A stretch of 64,000 nucleotides of DNA from Paramoeba atlantica (taxonomy: Eukaryota > Protista > Discosea): assembly GCA_977017575.1 (NCBI GenBank), contig CDRNVI010000177.1, positions 62,001 to 126,000 on the forward strand, read 5' to 3'. The translations under genes were made by a program, and so were the position numbers. Positions 1-11,585 of the stretch are shown piece after piece; the first letter of the stretch is position 1, and the number at the start of each line of letters is the position of its first letter. The notes beneath the pieces were generated by a model. It saw only the letters and a program-made list of their open reading frames with translations, was not told the DNA's origin and did no database searches.

Positions 1-33
1 CGAAATAGAACAACTCACGAATCTTGTTCAAAT
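1..33 (+). CDS. 3' part of the last LRR exon of an LRR gene copy that starts before the window
   Basis: Reads EIEQLTNLVQ followed by a GT donor at 34. Nearly identical to the exon at 13929-14000 and its downstream intron. Confidence 0.7.
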
Positions 34-1399
34 GTATTTTTTTCTTTTTTTCTTTTTTTCTTTTTTTCTTTTTTTCTTTTCTTTTTTTTTCTTTTTTTTT
101 TTCCTTTTTCCTTTTTCCATTTTCTTTTTCTTTTTCTTTTTCGTTCTCTTTTTCTTTCCACCAATCCAAGATCAAAAACCTTTATTTTGTTGGGTGTTTT
201 GTGGTGATGTGTTTTTTTCTTTTCTTTGTTTTTCTTTGTTTTTCTTTGTTTTTCTTTGTTTTTTTCTTTGTTTTTCTTTGTTTTTTTTTGAATTGGAAAA
301 CTAATTTTTCTTTCTTTTCTTTTTTCTTTTTCTGTTAGATGATAATATAATCAAAAAACAAGAAAAACAGAACAATTGAAGGGATTTTTGTGGTGATGTT
401 TTGGAGTTTTATGAACAAATTAAATAGTTCTTTTGATTTGTTCAAACAACTCTTTTTTCTTCTTTGATATTTTTAAGCTATTTGACCCCTCAAGACTGAA
501 TGTCCCAGAAGATGATCCAATTCTCACTGAGAGAGAGAGAGAGAGAGAGAGGAGTCGGGGAGTTAGGGAGTCAAGGAGACTTGAGATCCCACCAAACAAA
601 GTTCTTTTTTTTATTCTTTTTTTTCTTCTTTTTTCTTTGTTTTTTTCTTTTTCTTTTCCTTTGTTTTTTCTTTTTCCTCTTTTCTTTCTTTTTCCTTTTC
701 TCTTTTTTTTCTTTGTTCCTTTTCTCTTGTTTAATCTCCATTTCCCTCTTTCTTTCTTTGGTACAACAAAGGCTGGAGATACCGCTGTTGGTGAAGTCTC
801 CTCTTCCACTGTGAATCCTAACTCCTCCTGTTCCTTCTTCTTGAGTACTTTCTCCGGCCTCCTTCTCGCATCATTATCCCCTTGATTATCCTTGGTTTTG
901 GTCTCTTCCCCTTTTGAAGTAGAGTTTCTCGAGCCAACTCCAAACCTCCTTTGTTCTCTTCTTCCTCTGAACTAATTGGGCCAATTCAACATTCAAATAG
1001 GTTGTTGGCTGCTTCCTGAACTGTCCAAAAGGTGGCTTGACAAAAGGTCTCAAATCCAGACCCTCAGCATCCCCCTGAGGATCTCAGTGACCCTCATCGG
1101 GAGTGAGCAATGTTGTCAATTCATGGAAATTTTAGGCCTTCTGGCCAGCTGAGCTGATTGGCATTACGAATTTCTCTGGTCTGCTCTTGGGTTCATATTT
1201 CTTTGTCACTTTCTTTGGAATCTCCTTGAACCTCATTCGATGACATCCACCTCACCTCTGAGATCCTTGGATTTCCTAAAGTTGGTGTTAGAGAATCATT
1301 TTCTTCTGTTCTGTTGATAGGATCAAAGATTTCTCCTAAATCAAATTTCACTTTCTCATCCTTTCCATTCTCATATGTGTCTCTCTTCTATTTCCTTCT

Positions 1400-4300
1400 C
1401 AAGTCCTGGCTGTGCTTACACGAATTTGACCATGGCGAGACATGATGAGGCATGAGAGTGCTTTTTATGTGCGGAAAGTGCTCAGTCTTTCGATGCAAGG
1501 ATATCTTTTGAGAATATTGCGTTCCTTCTAATGATGTGTGCGCTTTTTGTCCATTTTGCCCCCTCATCCACTTCTTGTCTTGCCTCTTTGCTTTCTTCTC
1601 CTCTGGTTTAAAGATATGTCAGATCATGCAAGATGAATTTGTGGATGCAGGATCGGAAATTCAGATGGCCAAACTGAAGTGATTGATTATCTTTGCGACA
1701 ATACCAAATGTACCTCTCTGATCTATTACAGTGTTGGAGTGAGTGAGACCTGCCTCCAACACATTAGTGGTGCTTTCCAGAGCTTTTAGAGCTTTCCTGA
1801 GCTTCTCTGAGCTTCCCTGAGTTTCTTTGAGCCTTCCCAGAGCTTCTCTGGATGCCTTTTGTCATGGGTTTTGGCCTTCCTGATGAGCCAGGAGCTTCAC
1901 AGACAGCCTGTGCGCCAGTTTGGTGTTTTTGCCAGAATCACAAGTTTTTTAGTGCTCTTTTTATTTGCTTTCACGTTTTCATGCTGTTTTCTCTGGTTTC
2001 GTTTTGGCTTGGTCTTGTGTGTTGGTTGGGGTCATTCCTATAAAGGTTTTGGTCCAGAGTTTAGTTTCTTTCCTTTTTCTCTCCTTTTTCCTTGTGTCTT
2101 CATTGTGAGTGTGGTTCCCCCCACAACAGTCCAAAGAGCTGTAAAGTCTTTTGTGGTGCAAATATATGTGTGGTTCGCTTCTGCTCAAATTCAGAGAAGA
2201 AGTGCTCTCATTGAAGCATGTACTTTGTGTGTGGTGATAGATCTAAAAGCTTGTGGAAATATTTCGAAAGTGCCCAAAGAGAATTTTTCTTCAGAAGAGG
2301 AAGTCACTCAAAAGAGAGTTGATGAGGTTGAGAGAGAGACAAAGGTTATGACTCAGCTTGTTACCAAGATTATGAACATGATTTTGTTTGTGGTCATGAC
2401 CATTATTATGACTGTGGGGTGACGGATATAAAGGTCATTAGAGTGATCGGAATTTTCATGGGGAATGGACTGAAATTATGACTTTGGTAATGTTTAATGA
2501 TTGTGGGAGAGACCAGGGTGTAAAGGAATGGAGATTGGGGTAGGAATAGCACCTGGGGTTCCAGATGTTTCAAAGTTTGGGTTGTGAGGGGATGTGTTTG
2601 GAAAGGACGAAGAGAGTGGCAATGATGAAAAGGGGGTGTTGAAAGTGATACAATGATGATGTTCGAGGAGTCTATTTTGATTTGTATGGACACTCTGATG
2701 TAGTTGATAACATGTTAGAATGAGCTTTGGCGAATCTGGGTGTTTGGGGATAAAACCAAAATCGTTTTGTTTATTCTCCCCAGAGGAAAAGAAATACATT
2801 TTTAATGGTAATCAGGATGTTTTCTTCTTTTCTTTTGATGTATCAAATCTCTTCTCACTCATTTGTTATTCCAGACCTAATGAGTTTGGTAACACCAACA
2901 ATCTATCAATGGGTGAAGAGAAATGGCGAATGACAAAGCACATTGGCTTGTATTTGGCTCGACCTTTTCTCTGGTCATATCACTACAAGCCCCTCTGGGG
3001 ATTCAAGATTCAGTCACGAGAAGGATAACAACGCTTTTTTATTGGAACTATGCAAGAGGGACCATGAGGAGGTTGACTTTTGTTCAGTATTTTACATTGA
3101 TGATTTTATCTATACAGCTATCGATGAGGAAGAGTTTATTGTGGGGATAGCAAAGTGTTGCATTTTTGAGAGATGATTGGATCTATTTCGTACATTGGGT
3201 TAACAACAGGATTGTGTTTCTCTTTTTTGAGGAGATGTCATTGTGGTTTGCTGTCAAGAAGTTAGAGGTCACTACAAAAGTTATTTTTTCTGATCTGGTT
3301 TCTGCTTTGATACATTCCTGTATTCCCTAGAGTCCTCACTGGAATATTCAATGCTTTTCAGAGGTTCTAACAATATTAAGAGGTTTATTTATTTTTACTG
3401 ATTCTCAAAATTTGTTTGGCAGATATGGTATATTGTATGGTGAAGTCATCGAATTTTCCTGAGAAACTCTGTCATCGCAGAGATATGTGGAATTGTATGC
3501 TCTTAAGAAAACAATTGGTTTTGGCTGGAATTTGTTTGGATCTGTTTTTCGCTCTGCAAGCAAACTCCCCCTGTTTGGAGTAAGTGATGGTATTTGTTTT
3601 GGTATGGCTGATTTTTCTTGCAGAGCTGGCTCTTGAGAAGTTTGGGGACACAGTGCTTTCTAAAAGCACAACAGAAGGATTCTGACCCAATTCAGCGCAT
3701 ATGGAAGATATATTTTTCGAGGATACACAAAAGTTTTACAGGTCACCAAAACCATGTTCACAACATAACTTGAAGTATTTTTCCACATTCTGACAATGGC
3801 CAAGGGCTGTTGATCATCTCTGGCATCCCTGACCCCTTCAGATCAATGAACTTTGGCAGGCAAAGTGGATTTCAACTTTCCAGTTCTGACCACAAGAGCC
3901 TCATCAGGATATTTGGATAGATGTTTATGACTGATGTTGATATCTATGTGGCAGAATGTGAGGGTTAGTACTCTCCTTAAGATTTAATATAATGATATTT
4001 TTTTCAACAGTTTTGGTGTCATTTATAATGTACCATGCGATAGCAGAAAAAATATTTGGGTAAGGATTGGATTCTCTTGTGGACTGATTGACCCTTAAAT
4101 GAAGAGTTGGGATCTTTTATTGGCATACTTGGCATGATTTAAGTCAACTGGATCTCAGTTTATGAATGATTGGAATTATCCAAATGAAGTTTTACAAGCT
4201 CTTGAACTTGGAAGGAATGAAACTCAATGAATTATTCATAAGTGGTGTTGAATTCCCTGAGGAAACCATCTCCAGCTCCGAAAGAGATCAAAGATGGTGT

Positions 4301-4760
4301 GTGGCTCCCCGCCTTTGAGCATCTGCCTTTCCTTTGTGTGGCTTTTGTTCCTTCTTGCTTCCCTCTTTGTCCTTTCCTTCCCCTTTTTGTCTTGCTTTGG
4401 ATCTCTCTTTGTTCTCTCCTCCATCTCTTGTGCTGGTTTGGATTTCTTCCTTCCTTGTCTCTTTGTTTCTATTTTCTTCCCATTCTTTTTGTCTGTTTTG
4501 GATTTTTGGTTTTTGTTTTTGGATTTGAGTATGGTTTTTTGTTGTTTGGCTGTGTTGTTTTGTTGACTGTCTCTTTTGGAATAAACACTCAGGGGTGTTA
4601 CTTGAGTACTTTCAAGCACATAAAAAAACAAAAAGAGAGGAGGTGGAGATGTGACAGAGGCCAAGAAGTTTTATTTCGAAAGACAGTAGAAAAGTTGAAC
4701 AATCAGAAAAAACCAACAAATAAAAGATATTTGCAATGTCAGCTCCTCGAAACCAAACAT
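1400..4760 (+). mobile_element. Degenerate tyrosine-recombinase retrotransposon (RT-RNase H-YR; DIRS/Ngaro-like architecture), copy 1
   Basis: RT motif SFDVSNLF at 2831 and FYIDDF at 3093 (frameshift between them). RNase H FTDSQ..SSQRYVELYAL at 3394-3504. YR box II HDL(R)STG..YPNEVLQAL at ~4133-4205. Many stops and frameshifts; ends are approximate. Confidence 0.65.
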
Positions 4761-6522
4761 TCTCTCTTTTAATTTTCTTTTATTTCTCTTTTATTTCTAT
4801 TTTTTTGTCTTTTTTTTTTGTCTTTTTTGTCTTTTTATTTGTCTTTTTTTCTTTGTCTTTTTTTCTTTGTCTTTTTTCTCTTTTTTTCCCCAAATTAGAA
4901 AGAGAAAAAGAAAAGAGTGAAATAAAAAGAGAAGTAAAAGAGAAAAAAGAAAAAAAGAGAAAAAAAGAGAAATAAAAAATAAAAGAAAGAGAGAAAAAAT
5001 AGAAAAAAAGGGGGAAAAAAAGCAAAAAAAAAGTGAAAAAGAAAAAAAAGAGAAATAAAAGAGAAATAAAAGAGAAAAGAGAAAAGAGAAAAAAAAGAGA
5101 AAAAAAAGGGGGAAAAAAAAAGAGAAAAGAGAAAAAGGGAAAAAAAGAAAAAAAGAGGGAAAAATAAAAGAGAAAAATAAAAGAGAAAAATAAAAAGAAA
5201 TAAAGAGAAAAAGAGAAAAAAGAGAAAAAAAGAAAAAAAAGAGAAAAAAAAAAGAAAAAAAAGAGAGAAAAAGAGAGAAAAGAAAGAAAAAAAAAGAAAA
5301 AAAAGAAATGAAAAGAGAATTGAAAAAAAGAGAAAAAAAAAAGAAAAAAAAAAGAAAAAAAGAGAAAAAAAAAGAGAAATAAAAAGAGAAATGAAAAAAA
5401 AGAGAAAAAAAGAAGAAAAAAGAGAAAAAAAGAGAAAAAAAAAGAAAAAAAAAAGAAAAAAAAAAGAAAAAAGAAAAGAAACCAAACATTTATGTGTGTA
5501 TTGATTGTCTCCCCACCACATCTCTTTGTTTCTCTTTGTTTCTCTTTTTTTTTTCTCTTTATTTCTCTTTTATTTCTTTATTTCTCTTTCTTTTCTTTTT
5601 CTCTTTTTCTCTTCTTTTTTTCTCTTTTTATTTCTCTTTTCTCTTTTCTCTTTCTCTTTCTCATTCTTTCCTTTTTTTTTCTTTCTTTTGTTCTCTTTTG
5701 GTTTTTTTTTTCAGTTTTTCTTCCCATCCAAGAACCATAGATCTCCCTCTTTATTTTTTTTCTCCTTTCTCCTTTCTCCTTTTTCTTTTTTGTTTCTCTT
5801 TCTTTTCTCTTTTTTTCTTTCTTTTCATATCATTTCCCCCTCTCTTCACTTTTTTCTATTTTCCCCCCTTTTTCTTCCTTTGTTTTTCCTCTCATTCTTT
5901 CTTTTCTTTCTTTTCTTTTTCTGAATGTTTCAGGTTTTTGGATCCAACAGTCAGCCTTTTTTCCTCCTCTAACTCTTTCTTCTCATCTTTGGATGGATTT
6001 TCTCTGATGAGAATTTTGTTTTGATGAAAGGGTTCTTTTCATACTCTCTAGGATATCTTGAATTGCCAAAATAGAACACCTATAAAGTCGATACAACCAT
6101 CACCATCTATACATGTGATGAGATACTCTCTGAAAGGACAAAGAATGTGGAGGAGAGAAAAGCTTTTATTCTTTTTTTTTTGTCTCTCAAAAAGAGGAAA
6201 GAGAATAGCTATTTAGCCAATGTTTGAAAAAAGGCAGTTTATCGTCGAGGGTGTTTTTGATGTCAAGACCCAGGATTTTTGAGGTCGAGGGCCGCTTGCG
6301 GCACGAGACCACAGAATCCTGGTCGAGACTGATCAGAAACACTCAAGACATGATAAGCCTTTTCAAACATTGGCTACAACGTTTTATTGAATTTTGAGGC
6401 TGGGAAAAATGAGAGCAATAAATATGGTGTATTTCGATTGGTTTGAGTTTGTTTTGGGACGATTGTGTGACAACAATTGAAAGAAAAAGCCCTGTGGGCA
6501 TTTTTTCATTTTCTTGCGAGAG

Positions 6523-8073
6523 ATGAACCCTGCACGAAGAGTGGAAAACCCACTGATTGTGTCCCTCCGAGCGAAGGAATGGAACCACTTTGAATTTGAC
6601 TCCACACACCATTCTGTTCGGATGGTGTTGAATGGCCCGCATGTGACTCGAAAGGCGTTCCTGACTGCTGCAAGTCGTTTCGAGGATTTCTTGACACGTT
6701 TTTATAAAAAAAACGAGGAAGAACACCGAGATTATGTGATAAATGAGGCATTGTTGGTCGAGTTTTACCAAAAATATTTGTTTGTCCTTTCTCATCGAAA
6801 TGGCGACTGTGTTTACGGATTGTCCTCATTCTTTCCAGTGATTTCGCTCGTGAAACGCTATGTTTTGTGTAAATATGCAATTGATTTCGGTGAGACTCGG
6901 CAGTTAAATTGAATCCTAAAGGGAGAAACAGCTGGTTATCAGCCAAATAAGAAGAATGTTTTTACCTTGGAGGAGATAAAACAATATTTGTCTCGAGGGA
7001 TAATGAATGGGGGAGATCTACAAGACTCTCTGTTGGCTCTTTTTGCTTTCTTTGGATTAGCCAGAAGTGTTGAAGTTATTAACATTTCTCGTGATGAAGT
7101 GAAGTTAAAGAAAAATGGGAGTGTATGCTTCACCATGGAACGGTGCGCAAAATCGAAATCTTTGAGGAAAACCAAAGTGGTCATCCCTGTGCTTGATGGG
7201 TTTATTCCTTCTGAAGCGTTGGAGGATCACCTGGAGAACCTCCCCCCTGGTACTTGCCTTTGGTGGAAGTGGAACAAGAACCGAGAGAACTTTGCAGCTC
7301 AGCACTTAGGAAAAAACTATCTTGCGAAATTGGCAAAGAAAATAGCATGTTTTCTCGAGAAGCCTGAAGAAAATTATGCATCGCACAGTTTTCGTCGGTC
7401 GGGAGCCACTGCCATGGTGGAAGGAGGAGGCACCACAGACCAATTGATGGTGTCTGGTGGGTGGACAAGCGAGCGGGTTGCTCATGGATATTATGAATTT
7501 TTTTTTTTTCTTTTTGAGGCAGACTTTATTCAATTAGTAGTTCTTAATCTAAGCCATTTGAATTACATTAAATTATGTTTGTTTTTTTTTAACCTCTAAC
7601 GAAAGGTGAAGTTTTAAACTTCAGCTTAGTTCAGTCGGTCTTTATGCTGAACTTTAGAACTTCTGCAAGTTCAGGCTGGAGGATGCACATCAAAAGGGAG
7701 AATAATCCAAAGCTCCTTCTAAGGGAATTTATCCTCAACTTTTTAGCAGACAGGGCTGAGATGTAACCTGTTCCAATTTTCACACTTCTTCAAGAGCTCC
7801 TCACTCCAATCAAATCACTCTACAGCACCAGAAAAATTTTCTATAATATCGAAAAACTGGGATTTGAACTCGCCCCCCCGGGGTTGGACATAGTTGAATT
7901 TACAACTAAACTACAGGCGCCAACCTCATGGATATTATGAAGATTCTGAACGAGCCGCAGGTGAACGTGCCAACCGGATCGTTGAATCCGAGCAAGCTGA
8001 AACCGCACAACCACCAACAGAAACCCCTCCTGTAACAGTAACTGTGACATTCCAGCCAAATGGTGGGCAATGA
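6523..8073 (+). pseudogene. Tyrosine recombinase, ~368 aa when reconstructed (6523-7497 joined to 7942-8073)
   Basis: Catalytic signature GLARSVE ... SHSFRR ... GGW ... AHGYYE. One in-frame TGA at 6910-6912. The C-terminus DSERAAGERANRI... resumes in frame once the 7498-7941 insertion is removed. Confidence 0.85.
7498..7924 (-). mobile_element. tRNA-headed SINE-like retroposon (427 bp) with poly(A) tail and 17-bp TSD
   Basis: TSD ctcatggatattatgaa at 7481-7497 and 7925-7941. The minus strand starts GTTGGCGCCTGTAGTTTAGTTG (A-box-like), contains GAGTTCAAATCC (B-box-like) and ends AATAAA...A-rich tail. Confidence 0.75.
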
Positions 8074-8353
8074 GTTCAAGCCACCTTGGGTGAAAATTGA
8101 AAGTAATTTTGTGATGATTTTTGAATTTTTTTTTCATATAAATGATTTTTGGATTCAATTATGTTCTTTTTTATTGATTTTTTCAATTATCTTGTTGGAA
8201 TGAATTTTTTTTCAATTATCTTTGTTTATCTGAAGGGAACAACACTCCTTAAATGGTGCTTTTCTCTCATTGTTCTCATTTTTCCAGTCTCAAAATTCAA
8301 TAAAAGAAAGAAAGAAAGGGAAAGAGGGAAGAGAAAGAAAGGGAAAAAAAAAG

Positions 8354-8385
<32 letters not shown>

Positions 8386-9262
8386 AAAAAAAAGAAAGAA
8401 AAAGAAAAAGAGAAGGAAAAAGAGAAAGAGAAAGAGAAAGAAAAAGAGAAAGAAAAGAGAGAAGAGAAGAGAGAAAGAAAAGAGAGAAGAGAAGAGAAAG
8501 AAAAGAGAGAAAAAAGAAAGAAAAGAGAGAAGAGAAGAAGAGAAAACTTTTTCTGAGGACAACCAGCAAAAGAGAAGACCAAAAATACATTAATGGGGAA
8601 CGCACACAACCACCTCTTTCTCATCTGTCCCCTCTTCCTTCCTCCCTCCCTCCCCCCTTCTCCCAACCACTTCCTGAATGCATGGGCCATTTCTCTTCTC
8701 TTCTCTCTCTCTTCTCTCTCTCTTCTCTCTCTCTTCTCTCTCTTCTCTCTCTTCTTTCTTCTCTCTCTTCTCTCTCTTTTCTTCTCTCTTCTCTCCTCTC
8801 TTTCTCTCTCTTCTCTCTCTCTTCTCTCTCTCTTCCTCTCTTCTCTCTCTTCTTTCTTCTCTCTCTTCTCTCTCTTTTCTTCTCTCTCTTCTCTCCTCTC
8901 TTTCTCTCTCTTCTCTCTTCTCTCTCTTCTCTCTCTCTCCTCTTTCTCATTCCTCTTCTCTCCAAACGCAAAACAAAAAAAAAATTGGGTTTCACTGAAA
9001 AAAAAAACCCACCCAGAATCGAACCCGGTGGGTTCTCTTTTTTTTTTGTTGTTCTTTTTTCGGTGTGTGTTGGTTGTTCTTTCGGTGATTTCTTTTTTGT
9101 TTGTTTGTGTGATTGGTGTTCCTTCTCGCCACATCCCCCTCTCATTCCCTCATGAACGACAACAAACACAATCAACCGCCCCACCCCTCAGGCAGGTTTT
9201 GTTTTTAATTCAAAACATTTCTTTTTCTGGATAACTTGAAACAGAAAAACAACAACAACACA

Positions 9263-10231
9263 ATGATGAGAGTTCAGTTGATGTCGATTGTCGAAGGAGA
9301 AGGAGAGTGGGAAGTTCGAAACACTGAGAACGGAGAAGTGTGTTCGATTCAAGCTCAAGATTTTCAAAGTCTGCGAAGGAAGATCCAGGATGTGTACGGA
9401 ACTTCAACTGCGGTTCGAGTGTTCTATCTTGATGATGAGTGTGATGTCGTCTTTGTGAAACGTGATCGAGACTTGGAAGACGCTTTGTTTGTTCTCCCAA
9501 AAAAGAACAAGACAACAAGAGTGGTGGAGAGTCAAGTCAAAGAAGAAATCGAAAATGAAATCCAAGAGGTCGAAAATCGAGTGGATGATGAAGAGAAAGT
9601 GGGGGATGAGATTTCTGAGAACCCTCAGAAAAGACTCAAGGAACAACAGAAGAGAGAGAAGAAGATTGAAATGCTCAGTAAACGCGATGAGAAACTGGCA
9701 GATCAAATCGATGTTCTTGAAGAAAAGATTGTGGCCCTCCAACGAAGAAAGGAACAGTTGACTGAAAACAAAACCCAAGTTCGAGAGAATCTTGTTGATT
9801 TGAAAAGTCAAGAGGACGACATTGTTGACAACAAACAAGAGGAAGAGGGGATCGAAGAAATCCAATTGTCTGAGGAAGAAGAGGAAGAGGAAGAGGAAAA
9901 AGAAGATTGTGGTAAACCAAGATTGTTTGGACAATTGAGAAAACTTCAGAATCAACAACGGAACATCGAAAGAAGACTTTGTAATCTTGAAGTGAAAGAA
10001 AAGAAGTCAAAAAAGATGATGGAAACAGAAATTATTCTCAAGAGGCGTTTGGAAGAAATCACGGAGAGGTTGGCCCTGACTGAAGTGGAAGAACAATCAG
10101 AAGAACAGAAGGATGAGAAGTTTTTTATGAATAAGAGAAAAGGAAAAGATGGTCATTGTAAACATTCCCGTTACTCTCGTGGTTCTCCCAAAAAGAATTA
10201 TTCTCCCCCAAAGGAAAAAAGATGGAAATAG
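9263..10231 (+). CDS. PB1-domain, coiled-coil/acidic protein, paralogue 1
   Basis: Intact intronless ORF. OPCA-like motif YLDDECDVVFVKRDRDLEDAL, followed by heptad-rich and Glu-rich segments. Confidence 0.8.
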   Translation: MMRVQLMSIVEGEGEWEVRNTENGEVCSIQAQDFQSLRRKIQDVYGTSTAVRVFYLDDECDVVFVKRDRDLEDALFVLPKKNKTTRVVESQVKEEIENEIQEVENRVDDEEKVGDEISENPQKRLKEQQKREKKIEMLSKRDEKLADQIDVLEEKIVALQRRKEQLTENKTQVRENLVDLKSQEDDIVDNKQEEEGIEEIQLSEEEEEEEEEKEDCGKPRLFGQLRKLQNQQRNIERRLCNLEVKEKKSKKMMETEIILKRRLEEITERLALTEVEEQSEEQKDEKFFMNKRKGKDGHCKHSRYSRGSPKKNYSPPKEKRWK

Positions 10232-10823
10232 AAAAGGAGATCTTCAAAATCATCCTTTCAAAATAAAATCTCTCTTTTTGAATATTCCATTATTTATTTA
10301 TTCTTTTCTCTCACATTGTTGGGGTGCATCTTGCCAAACAACAAACAACACACACACACTCTCCCTTTTTTCCTTCTTTTCTCTGTTTAAGTCTCCCAAT
10401 AACTCTCACTTTTTCTTCCTTAAAAATCATAATTTAGATGAAAGGGGATGTTGGCCACTGTGGAGGGATATCTTCTTGTAATACTCTCTGAGTTGCTAAT
10501 TTGTGAAAATTCGTAACTCAGAGAGTAATAATAATAATTCTATGCCTTCAAAACTCTTTTTTTGCTTTTGTGGGGGGGGAAATGATAAAGAAGAGAGGGA
10601 ACCAAAAATAACAAAACACACCCTCCTCATTTTGAATATTTTCTCTCGAATATTTGTGTGGAGGCATACCACAATCTGTGAATAGAACAACAAGAAAAAG
10701 ACTGAACCAGAATCAAATTTGTGTTTTTCTCGGACCTGTTTTTCAACAAAAAGAAAACTCAAAGAAAAAAAAAAAGAAAAAAAGGGAAAGAAAAAGAAAG
10801 AAAGAAAAAGAGAAAAAGAGAAG

Positions 10824-10941
10824 GTCTTCAGCACTCGGGATTCGAATGTGGTCACCCACCATTCTACTAACCGAGCCCACAGCTGCTTAACTTCCGAGTT
10901 CTGATGGGATCGGGTGCTTTCAACTGGGTATGACCGAAGAC
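10824..10941 (-). rRNA. 5S rRNA
   Basis: 118 nt GTCTTCGGTCATACC...CCGATCCCATCAGAACTCGGAAGTTAAGC...GAAGAC with complementary ends and a downstream T-run terminator. Confidence 0.97.
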
Positions 10942-11585
10942 ACTTTTCTCTTCTTTTTTTTCTCCTTTTTATCAATCCAATTATTCAAAATTAACAAAAA
11001 AGAAAATGGAAAAAGAAAGAAGAGAAAAGAGAAAGAGAAAAGAAAAAAGAGAGGAAAAGAAGAGAAAAGAAGAAGAGAAAAGAAAAACCTCAATTTTGTT
11101 TTTGGACAAAGGTTTGTCGAAAAGAATTTCTTTGTGATCTCTCTTCTTTTGTTTCAACTCTTTTCTCAGAATAAAAAACTTGTTTTAATCTGAAATAAAA
11201 GGAGCGGGACTGAAAGAAAAACATAAAACGGAAAACAAAAAACAAATCAAGGAAAGAGAGAGAGTGACAGTCTTGAAGAAGAAAGAAAGAACAAAGAAAG
11301 AACAAAGAAAGAAGTAAAAAAAAAGAAAAGAAAAGGATGTGAAAAAAAAACAGAAAGAAAGAGATCACAACACACCAAAAGAAAAGAGGAGAATGAATAC
11401 GAAAAAAACAGAATGGAGAAAGAGAAAAAAACACAACCCACGAAAAAAAACCAAAAAAAAAAAAAAAAAACGGGAAAAGATGGACCTCTATTTCGGGTCT
11501 GAATGGTTTTTTTTGTGAAGTGAAATAAAGGGATCAGAGACTCAGAGAGAGAGAGAGAGAGAGAGAGTGTGCTCAGGGTTCAGGG

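Larger units (their letters stand above)
6207..8302 (+). mobile_element. CryptonI-like tyrosine-recombinase DNA transposon insertion
   Basis: About 2.1 kb present here but absent at the paralogous site near 20540, where gaggaaagagaa runs directly into aagaaagaaaggg. Encodes a YR and is CpG-rich. Confidence 0.75.

Noticed and set aside
420-1400. Minus-strand coding fragments (also at 14350-15345, 57650-58430 and 58700-59330)
   Set aside because: They look like decayed coding sequence, but have multiple stops and no recognisable motif, so no product can be supported.
1779-1851. 10-bp tandem repeat (gagcttyyct) in the YR retroelement, shorter in copy 2
   Set aside because: Real, but a simple internal repeat with no evidence of separate function.
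9393-9593. The PB1 paralogue-3 deletion as precise loss of an intron
   Set aside because: The nearby GT..AG pair spans 202 nt and splicing would shift the frame; the deleted part encodes the conserved OPCA motif.
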